Positions 17,321-26,473 of a DNA stretch of 26,473 nucleotides are shown here, piece after piece. This DNA is from Promethearchaeota archaeon (lineage in GTDB: Archaea; Asgardarchaeota; Lokiarchaeia; Sigyniarchaeales; SOKP01). Both the position numbers and the translations under genes were made by a program. The notes beneath the pieces are model-generated. The model was not told the origin of the DNA and did not search any database. It saw nothing but the letters and a program-made list of their open reading frames with translations. The stretch covers positions 1-26,473 of the forward strand of contig JAGXNO010000045.1 in the NCBI GenBank assembly GCA_019894975.1, in the 5' to 3' direction. Each line of letters starts with the position of its first letter. Position 1 is the first letter of the stretch.

Positions 17321-18382
17321 CAAGTCTTCAAAAAATTATCTAAAATTGCTCATGCAGACACCTATATTTATAATAGGTTATGCGACGTAATCGTAACTGA
17401 TCCCGCTAATGGGGTAATGGGGATTTTAAATTATGATACGTTGAAATGGGATGAGAATTTAGCAGATAAGTATGAAATCCCCGTTGAATTATGGCCTGAT
17501 GTTTATTTCTATAGAGATTTTATAGGAGAATTATCTAATGTAGCTGCTAAAGATTTAGGATTGAAGCAAAACATTCCAATATTTATGGGAGGAGGGGATC
17601 AACAATGTGCAGCATTAGGATTAGGAGTTATTGAAGAAGGGCAAGCTAAGATTACTACAGGTACTGGAACTTTTATCGATTATGTTACTGATAGAAGAAT
17701 AAAGCCATCTGAAGAAGCTCCCATCTTTTCTTACCCCTCTGTTGTCAAAGGTAAGTGGAATATTGAAGGTTCTATAATTGGAACAGGATCTATTCTTAAA
17801 TGGTTTAAAGATAATTTTTCTCAATTCCAAATTAACCAAAGTATTGAAGGGAACAAAAATATTTATGATATGTTGGCAAATGAAGCATCAACTATACCAC
17901 CTGGTAGTGAAGGTTTACTATTCATACCTTTATACATCTTTAAAAAAGGTACTATACATGGATTAGGGTGGAATCATACAAGAGCTCATTTTATACGTGC
18001 CATTATGGAATCTGCTTGCTTAGGTGCTCAAATGAATCTTCAATTGTTAGAAGCTATAGGATGGAAAAAAGTATCAGAAGTAAGAGTTGATGGTGGGGCT
18101 ATGAACAGCCCATTATGGGCGCAAATTCTTGCTGACGTAACTTCTAAAAAGATTCTAATTCCTGAAGTAAAAGATGCTGCTGCTTTAGGTGCTGGAATAT
18201 TAGTCTTCTGCAATTCTAAGAGATATAAAAGTTTAGATAATGCGGTAACTAATATGATAAGATTTACTGATGTAAAAGAGCCAATTGAACACAACGTAAG
18301 CGTATATAAAACATTATACAGGATTTTTGTGCAAGAACTCATCAATATTGATGGGAAAAAAAGAGTAACAAGAGACTTATAA
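17321..18382 (+). pseudogene. FGGY family carbohydrate kinase (xylulokinase/glycerol kinase-like), N-terminally truncated
   Basis: GGGDQQCAALG, TTGTGT, PPGSEGLLFIP, RAIMES, DGGAMNSPLWAQILADV, AAALGAG. The frame extends upstream of ATG 17417 (QVFKKLSKIAHADTYIYNRLCDVIVTDP) to a TGA at 17282-17284. The N-terminal DxGTT phosphate-1 motif is absent. Confidence 0.72.
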
Positions 18383-18468
18383 CTTCATAAAAAAACTTTT
18401 CACTGTTAATTAATTACTTATTTATATCAAAAAAGAAATTTTTCATTGGGTTTGAGCGATATTAATAT

Positions 18469-21400
18469 ATGAATGTAGCTAATAAACTCCAATTACTTTA
18501 TATTCCCGCAACGTATTGGAATGATCCATCAAGTGATTTTGAATTAATTTCTAAGGGAAAAAAGCCTCCTGTAAAAAGTAGCTTTTTCATCTTATGGATT
18601 CCTTCAAATCAATCAGATGAAGAACTCACTGAGCATATCAAACTTACATTTCCAAGTATACCACCAAAAAAACTTCTAACCTGCAAAATTAATCTTGCAA
18701 TTCCTTCTGATATATCAAAACCAGAAAGAGATGAAAACTATTCAAATAATTATTTTGAAGTAATATCACATATCGGAAAAATAATACCAATTTTACCGGC
18801 TATAAAATTACTTTACCAATTGGAAATATTTGAAAATTTAGATCGAAGTAGAATTCATTATAGTAATTCCATTAAAACATGGGCTCTTCTAACAAAATTA
18901 GTATTTGAACTATTAAATAGAGGTCAATTTATTCCTGTAATAGAACCAACCATGGAGAAGCTGTATAGTAGCCGATGGCGGTTAATTTTAAAATCTCAAT
19001 ATGATAACAATCGATTTAAATCAATTTTAAATCATAGTCCTTGGGTAGCCTTTTGTCTTCCTATAAATAATTTTCATGACAAAGGTGAAATTAAAACGAA
19101 TGGTCTTTGGCACCCTTCTTACCTTTTTTCAACATTTTTGGATAGTGTTGGGGATTATTTGATACGTTCCACCTTAAAGAAAAGTAAATTTCAAACTTTT
19201 GATGAATTTTATAGCGCTGAAATAAAAAGAGAAGAAAATCCAGATTTTAGACAAAATTGGGATTACAAATTCCTCAAAACACTTATTAAAAAAGATAACA
19301 GTTTCAAAGTTGAAGAATTTTATGAATCTATTTTACCAACATTAATTCAGAATTGGACTCAATCTGCTTTAGGATTCCAATTAGGGTATGATTTTATGCT
19401 GAGTTTGGAATTAAAATATCCAGAAAAAGTAGAAGATGGTTGGATATTAAAAATTTCCCTGTTATCTCATGATGGCGCCACATCTATACCTTTAAATGAG
19501 CTCTGGGGAGGGCAAAATTTAAAAACGGAGAATTATTCAAACCTCATTGAAAGTGATGAGCACTATTTAGAGATAATTTTAAGAGCTTTAGGAACTGCAT
19601 CAAAAATATTTCCCCCAATTAAGAAAGCTTTTTTAAATGACATTCAACATGAGATTGAACTTACTTCGAGTGAAGTAATGGATTTTTTAAAATACCCAAA
19701 AGATTTATTAATTCAAAGTGGATTCAATATTGTTCTACCTGAAGTATTTACATTTGAGGGAAAGCAACGTTTAACTACTAGTTTAATCATTCGTTCAAAA
19801 GAGGATGCGAAGAAAAAAAAAGGATTAACTAGTGTTTTACCATCTATATTTGATATCGATTCAATGCTAGACATTAAATGGGATGCAAGAATTGAAGGAA
19901 AGAAAATTACAGAAGAAGAATTTAATAACTTAATTGATTCTAATGAACCTTTAGTCAAATTAAATGGAAAATGGGTATTAATTGATCAAAAGAATGTCGA
20001 AGATCTAAGGAATATTAAAAAATTCCGCGTGAATAGTTATATAGATGCCTTAAAACTGGGATTAATTGGCAAAGTCCAACTACAAGAAAACGGTTCTAAG
20101 TTTGATGTAATCGTTGAAGGAGAATTAAACGAAATAATCACACGAATACAATCTATAGAATCTTTTGAAGATATCCCTTGTCCTTCAACTTTTAATGGAA
20201 AACTACGTGACTATCAGGAAGTCGCAATTAAATGGATGGGAAATATGACAAAACTTAATTTTGGATTGTGTTTAGCCGATGACATGGGTCTTGGAAAAAC
20301 TATTCAAGTAATTGCATTTCTACTTTATCTAAAAGAAATTTATCCTAAAAAAAAGGGTGGGATTTTAGTTGTGTGTCCTACTTCAGTGCTATTTAATTGG
20401 CAACGTGAATTTAGAAAATTTGCACCAACTTTAGAAGTAATTCTTCATCATGGCCCTAATCGATACAAAAATCCCTCAGAGATACCAGAATTTTTAAAAG
20501 CACATCGAATTTTCCTAACATCTTATGGGACTATAAGAAATGATATTGATTTCCTCGAAACAATTCAGTTTAGTGGCATTATTATAGATGAGAGTCAAAA
20601 TATGAAGAATAATACTTCAAAACAAACCCAAGCAATATACAAACTGAAAAGTCAATATCGAATTTGTTTAAGTGGGACACCAATAGAAAATCGTTTACTT
20701 GAGTTATGGTCACTTTTTAATTTTCTAAATCCTGGACTTTTAGGAAATAGAGAGGAGTTTCAAGAAAGATTCATCTTACCTATTGAACGATTTCAGAACC
20801 AAGAAGCAATTAATGATTTAAAGACAATAATCGCTCCCTTTATTTTACGTCGTGTTAAATCAGATCGATCAATAATAAAGGACTTGCCGGAAAAAAATGA
20901 AATGAAGATAACAATAGAATTGACTAATGAACAAATGAGACTATACAAAGATCTTACCGAAGAAACATTAATAACGATTGATGACGATACAATCGATAAT
21001 AGGAAGAAGAGGGGATTAATCTTAGCATTATTAGTTAAATTAAAGCAAATTTGCAACCATCCTTATCATTATCTTAAGAAAGATATCGATTCATTAGGAA
21101 CAGATAGGGAAATAAAAAACATTATTTCCCAATCAAATAAATTGGAAAGATTGTTAGAAATGACTGATGAAGTAATTTCTAATGGAGAAAAGGTCTTAAT
21201 TTTTACCCAATTTACACAAATGGGAACGATTATAAAAAAGATACTTGAATGGAAGTATAACTTTAAAATTCTCTTCTTTCATGGAAGTGTCCCTGAAAAG
21301 AAAAGGAGCGATATAATAGATGATTTTCAATCTGAAGAAATTGATAGTCCTCCAATATTAATTTTATCATTGAAAGCTGGGGGGACAGGTTTAAATTTAA

Positions 21401-21666
21401 CTCAAGGAACAACAGTTATTCATTTTGATAGGTGGTGGAATCCTGCAGTTGAAGATCAGGCTACAGATCGAGCTTATCGAATTGGTCAAAAATCTGTAGT
21501 GAACGTTTATAAATTTATTACTCATGGAACAATTGAGGAAAAAATCGACATATTATTAGAGGAAAAACGAGATTTATCTGAAAAAATCGTGACTTCCACA
21601 GGAGAATCTTGGATTTCTAATTTGAATACTGAAAAACTAAAAGAATTATTAGTGTTAAGTGATTAA
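18469..21666 (+). CDS. SNF2 family DNA translocase/helicase with a DUF3670-like region
   Basis: LRDYQ, LADDMGLGKT, IIIDESQ, LSGTPIEN, LRRVK, LKQICNHP, SLKAGGTGLNL, HFDRWWNPAVEDQATDRAYRIGQ. Confidence 0.93.
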   Translation: MNVANKLQLLYIPATYWNDPSSDFELISKGKKPPVKSSFFILWIPSNQSDEELTEHIKLTFPSIPPKKLLTCKINLAIPSDISKPERDENYSNNYFEVISHIGKIIPILPAIKLLYQLEIFENLDRSRIHYSNSIKTWALLTKLVFELLNRGQFIPVIEPTMEKLYSSRWRLILKSQYDNNRFKSILNHSPWVAFCLPINNFHDKGEIKTNGLWHPSYLFSTFLDSVGDYLIRSTLKKSKFQTFDEFYSAEIKREENPDFRQNWDYKFLKTLIKKDNSFKVEEFYESILPTLIQNWTQSALGFQLGYDFMLSLELKYPEKVEDGWILKISLLSHDGATSIPLNELWGGQNLKTENYSNLIESDEHYLEIILRALGTASKIFPPIKKAFLNDIQHEIELTSSEVMDFLKYPKDLLIQSGFNIVLPEVFTFEGKQRLTTSLIIRSKEDAKKKKGLTSVLPSIFDIDSMLDIKWDARIEGKKITEEEFNNLIDSNEPLVKLNGKWVLIDQKNVEDLRNIKKFRVNSYIDALKLGLIGKVQLQENGSKFDVIVEGELNEIITRIQSIESFEDIPCPSTFNGKLRDYQEVAIKWMGNMTKLNFGLCLADDMGLGKTIQVIAFLLYLKEIYPKKKGGILVVCPTSVLFNWQREFRKFAPTLEVILHHGPNRYKNPSEIPEFLKAHRIFLTSYGTIRNDIDFLETIQFSGIIIDESQNMKNNTSKQTQAIYKLKSQYRICLSGTPIENRLLELWSLFNFLNPGLLGNREEFQERFILPIERFQNQEAINDLKTIIAPFILRRVKSDRSIIKDLPEKNEMKITIELTNEQMRLYKDLTEETLITIDDDTIDNRKKRGLILALLVKLKQICNHPYHYLKKDIDSLGTDREIKNIISQSNKLERLLEMTDEVISNGEKVLIFTQFTQMGTIIKKILEWKYNFKILFFHGSVPEKKRSDIIDDFQSEEIDSPPILILSLKAGGTGLNLTQGTTVIHFDRWWNPAVEDQATDRAYRIGQKSVVNVYKFITHGTIEEKIDILLEEKRDLSEKIVTSTGESWISNLNTEKLKELLVLSD

Positions 21667-21675
21667 AAAGAAGAG

Positions 21676-22626
21676 GTGATAAAAATAGATAACCGAAGAA
21701 AAGAATTCATGGATAATAGGAGAATCAAGCGTAATAAACAAGGTACTCCTCAAAGAAAGACAGAATATGAAAGACAACATACTCACGAAGAAGTAGAACA
21801 AATTAAAAAAAATCTTATAAACTTTGCTAAAACTTCTTGGGGAAAACAATGGATTCAGTCAAACTTAAAAATAGGACGTCCCTTCAGAATGCAAAGAGGA
21901 ATAGAGTATGTAAAAGATAAAAGACGAATAGATAATCTTTCAATTATCCCTGGTCAGATTTTTGCAACAGTACAAGGGACCGCTCCAACACCCTATCGTG
22001 TAAAAATAAAGTTTGAAACCATCCTAGAAGAAGATTGGAAAATTATTTTGGACAGACTTACAAATAAAATCATTAATCTTATAGAATTATTAGAAGGATC
22101 CTTACCAGAAGACATTATTACTATTTTTAATGAGAATAAATGTTCATTATTCCCAGATGCATCACAAGGTCTAAATGCCACGTGTTCTTGTCCTGATCAG
22201 GAGATTCCTTGTAAACATATTGCTTCTGTAATTTTATATCTTGCACGCGTTATAGATTTTAATCCATTTTTATTACTGGAATTAAGAGGGAAGACTAAGA
22301 GTGAAATATTTAAGGATTTAAGTCTAGCTCAGCCATTAAAAAATGGAAAAAAATTGGAAAAAGTTAGCACAGATCAAAAAATTGAATCCAAATTTAATGT
22401 ACCAAAAATCTCTATTCAAGAATTATCAAATAGGCAAAAAAAATCAGGAGAAGATGATTTTAATATTGATTTTAAGCTAATAAAACCAGGAAAAATCATA
22501 GAGACATCAGAGAATTTAGGAGTACCTCAAAATATTGAAAATAAGGCTTTTGAAATTGTCTTACGAGCAATTTATCAAAAAATTACTTCTGAGATTTATT
22601 CCTTGTCTTTAGAATTTGTGAAATAG
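21676..22626 (+). CDS. SWIM zinc-finger protein (SNF2 partner)
   Basis: WGKQWI, RMQRGIEY, ATVQGT..PYRV, LFP, CSCPD...CKH, NPFLLLELRG. Starts 9 bp after the SNF2 stop; exact start codon uncertain. Confidence 0.88.
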   Translation: MIKIDNRRKEFMDNRRIKRNKQGTPQRKTEYERQHTHEEVEQIKKNLINFAKTSWGKQWIQSNLKIGRPFRMQRGIEYVKDKRRIDNLSIIPGQIFATVQGTAPTPYRVKIKFETILEEDWKIILDRLTNKIINLIELLEGSLPEDIITIFNENKCSLFPDASQGLNATCSCPDQEIPCKHIASVILYLARVIDFNPFLLLELRGKTKSEIFKDLSLAQPLKNGKKLEKVSTDQKIESKFNVPKISIQELSNRQKKSGEDDFNIDFKLIKPGKIIETSENLGVPQNIENKAFEIVLRAIYQKITSEIYSLSLEFVK

Positions 22627-22777
22627 AAAGATGATCCCTTGCACTGATATTACAGGTGTTTACTCAGTCGAAAATGTGTTAACGATGGTGGAGACTTATA
22701 AGAAAAATAGAAAATACCCCACTAATTTGTTAACAAAAAAAATGTTAGTTAAGGATAAAAGAGGGTAAAAATAATCC

Positions 22778-22993
22778 TTACTTATTAATTCTTTTGAGTA
22801 TTAAAAGACCTAAAGCCATGATTCCGCCAATTGCACTCCAGATTATGGCAGTCCAAAGCCATGCTAATATGTTACCCGGGAAGAAGGGATAAAATATCCA
22901 TAAAATTACCAAAACGACTGCCCAGATAGTCCCAATTATTTTTTCGTTTTTTTCACTCTCGATCATAAAAAATATGGTACCCATTACACTCAT
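22778..22993 (-). CDS. Small two-TM membrane protein, function unknown
   Basis: Two clear hydrophobic helices and a basic C-terminus. Confidence 0.6.
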   Translation of the reverse strand: MSVMGTIFFMIESEKNEKIIGTIWAVVLVILWIFYPFFPGNILAWLWTAIIWSAIGGIMALGLLILKRINK

Positions 22994-23395
22994 ACCTTCA
23001 ACATTTTTAGGGTGAAATTAGGCTAACTATATAATTCAATCGTAGACAAGTAGAACATAATTCAATTAAATGATTTTTTTAAATACATTCCTGTGAGATA
23101 TATTTTCCTAAAAAAACTATAAAAAAATGGAAGAAACATTGATAAAGAGTAAAGAAATTACTGTATTCAATTTTTCCAATGAAAATCTCCTTAGATAACA
23201 ATATCTCTACAAACTAAATAACGTGAAGATGTTATCCAGAGTTCAATTTCTATACACGAAGAGGGGTTCTAACTATGTTCTATACCAAAAGTTTAAATAT
23301 GTGACAAAAACATCAAAACATGCAAATTTATAAAAATGTAAATATTGCAAAAAAAATTGACAAAAATAAATATCTAATTTATAAGGTGAAAAAAA

Positions 23396-26032
23396 TTGAA
23401 TATAAAAAAAATTTTATCACTTGGACTAATATTAGTTCTTTTATTTCCAATGCTTTACTTACCGCTTTCAGTAAATAATCTTAATTGTACACATAATGAT
23501 GAACAAAAAGACCAATCATCTTTAAAATCACATAATACACCGTTGATTACACCACCCCTTCTTGAACAGTGGTCTGATAATTATTTTAAAGCCTCTTTTT
23601 CAGTAACAAATAATTTTGTGAATAACGAACATGTTTTTAGAGTATATGCTTATCTTGATTATAATAGAGAAGCAGACACTGATGACGGAGGTAAATTTCA
23701 TGATGGAAGTTCCCACAAAAGAAGAGGTCCTTTTATATGGGCTTTTCCTCCAAACGATGATCCTTATACAGAAGTGCCTTTTAGCAGTTCTTTGAATCCA
23801 AAAGAGAGTTTTATGGGGGAAAGAAGAAAGTGGACACATGATGGACAACAAATACCAATAACGAAGATCTATAATTTTGAATGGGATAATCCACTCGAAC
23901 CGAATCATAATCCAGGAGACATAAATATCGTAATTCAAGTTTTATGGGCACATGATACATTTGATGTAATAGAATGTATAGAAATCCTTGGAATTCCGGT
24001 GTGTGCAGTTAATCTCGGTAAATATTATCGACACTTTTACTGGGAAACTAAAATATATAGTTTTGATTTACTTACTAGAGAAATGGAGATTTATGATGAC
24101 GATCCTGAGCCCCCCATAATTCCGACCGAATCATGGCTCCCGTTTCCGTTTAATCCTATTAAACTACCACCATTTATACTTGATAATATGTTAACTTTCC
24201 CACTTGAGGTTTGTGCCTATGATTTGGGGACTAGCGATCCTCATCCTTATAATGCGATAACTTTTGGTTCAGTTAATGTGTATAACGGTGAATACCTTTC
24301 AGGAGAAGATGAATTAATAGAGGCGGTTCCATTTGGTGATGACATATATGCTTATTGGTATAAATATGACATACCAAATAATTATGAACCAGGAACACAT
24401 CCATTAACTTTAAAAGTTTGGGATAAAGATTATGACGGATGGGCTGGTGATCGGTTGTCAGATTCACATGAAGTTATTTTTACAGTAATTGATGATGATA
24501 CAACCGAGCCTGACGTTCAATTTCTCAATGATTGGGTAATTGAGGACTGTGATGCTCATCTTGAAATGATTATAAATGCGACTGATCCGTCTGGAATTAG
24601 TAGCGTTATTGCAGTGTTCGAAGGTTTGGAATATCCATCATTTTACGACAATTCTATAGAAAAATATCGTATAGAAATACCAAATCCTAAAGAACCAGAT
24701 ACCTATAGTGTAGACATTCATGTATGGGATAATGATGACGATGGTTGGGGTGAAGATCGAATGGAATATACGACAACAAAAGAATTTGAAGTTGTAGATG
24801 ATGATATATTAGAACCTGAAATTTTTTATACATATACGGGAGATGGAACTGATGGGAATTCTGGAGCCTTTGAAGTGACCGCTTCGGATGCGTCTGGGCT
24901 TACTGTTGATCCTACTGGAACTTATCTAGTATCAAATATTCTAGGAACTCATGAGATCCCCATTGTTGCTACAGATGATGATAATGATAGACTAGGTGAT
25001 TGTTTAACCACAACTCTAGTACTTTCACAACAAATAGTTGACGATGATATAAACAAGCCTTACATTGAAAATTTAATGATAACCGTTGATCCTCTTTGGG
25101 TAAACATAAGTTTTACTGCTATAGACGACCTTCAACTTCATGGTGATGATGATGAAGGATTAAGCAATATTGATGTCTATGTGGATGGTAATTTAATTCA
25201 TAGTGGTAGTTCTCCGTTATATGCAACTGCGTATGACTTCTTCTTGCCTAATGACTGGATATGGATGCCTGGCAATTATGACATTCAAATTGATATTACT
25301 GATGCAGATGATGATAGAACTTCAGATAGCTTATCAAACACGATTTATGGACAATTTGAGATAACTTTAGATGTGATGTACCAGTATGTTATGTGGCTAT
25401 GTGAAGAGATGAATAACTATATTTATGACCATGGAATTGTAGCTCTCTACGGAGTTGTGACTCAGAAATTAGTCAAAATCCAAGCCCTATTATGGGATGC
25501 ATATCAATTGATTCAAGATGGTTATCTTCATACAGGATTAGTAAGACAAAAAATGGCTGAGATTAAGTTAGAAATTGCTGAAACCAAGACAGAGTTGATG
25601 ATCAGTAAACAATCTATGAGTATAGAACATTTTGAGTATCTTCAGGAGTGTATTCGTGATGTTCGCAGTAGAATCATTGAGTTAATGGGACTAAGTATCG
25701 GAGAGTTTAGTCATGACATTTCACTTGTAGAGATTGATGTATATAATCTAAGAGATTTTGTTGAAGATAATATCAATGCAACAGATTCAGAAAATCTAGT
25801 GAATGCAATTACATTGACAGCAGAAAAGCTTGAGAATGCAATTTTTGATATTTCATTGGATAAATCTACAGAAGGATCGTTAATATCGGCACTAAATGCA
25901 TTAGATAATGTGAGAACCGAAGTCGTAGCTTTAAAACGAAAAGGAAAAATCTCAGAAGATTTACAATTAGAACTATTAGCAAAAATCATAATAATACAAG
26001 GGAATATTATATTACTAATACTAGATATATAG
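23396..26032 (+). CDS. Secreted acidic multi-domain protein with about four Asp-rich beta-sandwich-like repeats and a helical C-terminal domain
   Basis: Signal peptide MNIKKILSLGLILVLLFPML; recurring (I/V)xDDDxxxP and DxDxD...D motifs; SD AGGTGA at 23384-23389 before TTG. Confidence 0.8.
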   Translation: MNIKKILSLGLILVLLFPMLYLPLSVNNLNCTHNDEQKDQSSLKSHNTPLITPPLLEQWSDNYFKASFSVTNNFVNNEHVFRVYAYLDYNREADTDDGGKFHDGSSHKRRGPFIWAFPPNDDPYTEVPFSSSLNPKESFMGERRKWTHDGQQIPITKIYNFEWDNPLEPNHNPGDINIVIQVLWAHDTFDVIECIEILGIPVCAVNLGKYYRHFYWETKIYSFDLLTREMEIYDDDPEPPIIPTESWLPFPFNPIKLPPFILDNMLTFPLEVCAYDLGTSDPHPYNAITFGSVNVYNGEYLSGEDELIEAVPFGDDIYAYWYKYDIPNNYEPGTHPLTLKVWDKDYDGWAGDRLSDSHEVIFTVIDDDTTEPDVQFLNDWVIEDCDAHLEMIINATDPSGISSVIAVFEGLEYPSFYDNSIEKYRIEIPNPKEPDTYSVDIHVWDNDDDGWGEDRMEYTTTKEFEVVDDDILEPEIFYTYTGDGTDGNSGAFEVTASDASGLTVDPTGTYLVSNILGTHEIPIVATDDDNDRLGDCLTTTLVLSQQIVDDDINKPYIENLMITVDPLWVNISFTAIDDLQLHGDDDEGLSNIDVYVDGNLIHSGSSPLYATAYDFFLPNDWIWMPGNYDIQIDITDADDDRTSDSLSNTIYGQFEITLDVMYQYVMWLCEEMNNYIYDHGIVALYGVVTQKLVKIQALLWDAYQLIQDGYLHTGLVRQKMAEIKLEIAETKTELMISKQSMSIEHFEYLQECIRDVRSRIIELMGLSIGEFSHDISLVEIDVYNLRDFVEDNINATDSENLVNAITLTAEKLENAIFDISLDKSTEGSLISALNALDNVRTEVVALKRKGKISEDLQLELLAKIIIIQGNIILLILDI

Positions 26033-26033
26033 C

Positions 26034-26070
26034 TTTTTTTTAATTATATTTTATTTTTTTTTTTATTATT
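26034..26070 (+). terminator. T-rich archaeal terminator-like tract
   Basis: Long oligo-T runs directly after the stop at 26032. Confidence 0.5.
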
Positions 26071-26089
26071 GTTTTGAGTGAGTATTAAA

Positions 26090-26473
26090 ATGAAAAAGAA
26101 TGTCAAAATATTGAAAAAATTGTTTTTAACGTTTATCTTATTTAATTCAGTTATATTTATTGCATTTTTTAATCAATACTTCTATTGCAGTAATAGTTTT
26201 AACAGAAATTATAAGCAGGATTATGATGAAAATGAGAATTATCTACGATCATCATTCACTCTCACATTTACCGAAAATTTTCAAACTCAGACTTATAGAA
26301 ATGAATCTATTACAAATTCAACTGGATGGGGAAAAGATTACTTATCTTTAATCCATCAAGAAGTAATCAATCTTTCAAATTATGATTACAACTTTGATCA
26401 AATTAATTCAATTAGATCCCAGGGTAATTTACTATTTTTAGCAGATAATTCATTTGGGTTAAAAGTGCTAAAT
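26090..26473 (+). CDS. Secreted LVIVD-repeat-like protein, 5' part (runs off the window)
   Basis: Not in the ORF track because it has no stop in the window. ATG 26090 opens 128 codons: MKKNVKILKKLFLTFILFNSVIFIAFF...GWG...SQGNLLFLADNSFGLKVLN; the end resembles the LVIVD repeat (GNxxYVAD...GLxIxD). Confidence 0.7.
   Translation, partial: MKKNVKILKKLFLTFILFNSVIFIAFFNQYFYCSNSFNRNYKQDYDENENYLRSSFTLTFTENFQTQTYRNESITNSTGWGKDYLSLIHQEVINLSNYDYNFDQINSIRSQGNLLFLADNSFGLKVLN

Noticed and set aside
22627-23395. Intergenic palindrome TTGTTAACAA and short repeats (ATAATTCAAT x2, TTCTATAC x2) as an ncRNA or regulatory array
   Set aside because: Short and AT-rich, expected by chance; no tRNA, CRISPR or riboswitch-like structure recognised.
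2432-25989. Short overlapping or antisense ORFs (2432, 4090, 8011, 10277, 10371, 10743, 15660, 16176, 17621, 17778, 18040, 19713, 20793, 21655, 21993, 23600, 24273, 25711)
   Set aside because: All lie within or opposite well-supported genes and show no recognisable motifs.
26160-26351. 63-aa ORF from the track
   Set aside because: Out-of-frame shadow of the longer open frame from ATG 26090, which has a signal peptide and an LVIVD-like repeat.

Overview
AT-rich archaeal chromosomal segment, most likely an Asgard archaeon of the Lokiarchaeia (inferred from a PAN ATPase, a Loki-CTERM-like sorting tail, and a free-standing LAGLIDADG protein with repeated N-terminal domains). In order it contains: a half-length MFS gene; PAN; two tandem DUF169 genes; a DUF438/hemerythrin/PAS protein; a MaoC dehydratase; a CobA/BtuR-type cob(I)alamin adenosyltransferase; a double-LAGLIDADG protein split by one amber codon; an acyl-CoA ligase; an old-yellow-enzyme flavin reductase; a NosD beta-helix surface protein; a CoA-transferase-fold A/B pair lacking the catalytic Glu, with a nitroreductase between them; three broken genes (UroD/MtaA family, FAD oxidase, FGGY kinase); a SNF2-SWIM pair; and two secreted repeat proteins. 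The main finding is a 30-nt stop-containing insertion (6328-6357, minus strand) inside the Walker A loop of the adenosyltransferase gene. It folds into a hairpin closed by a bulge-helix-bulge/loop (BHB/BHL) motif. Cutting it by the archaeal tRNA-splicing-endonuclease rule restores the canonical GxGKGKTT motif in frame, so it is a candidate tRNA-type micro-intron in an mRNA. It lies next to a divergently transcribed LAGLIDADG endonuclease gene. All calls come from reading the sequence by eye; no searches or folding programs were run.
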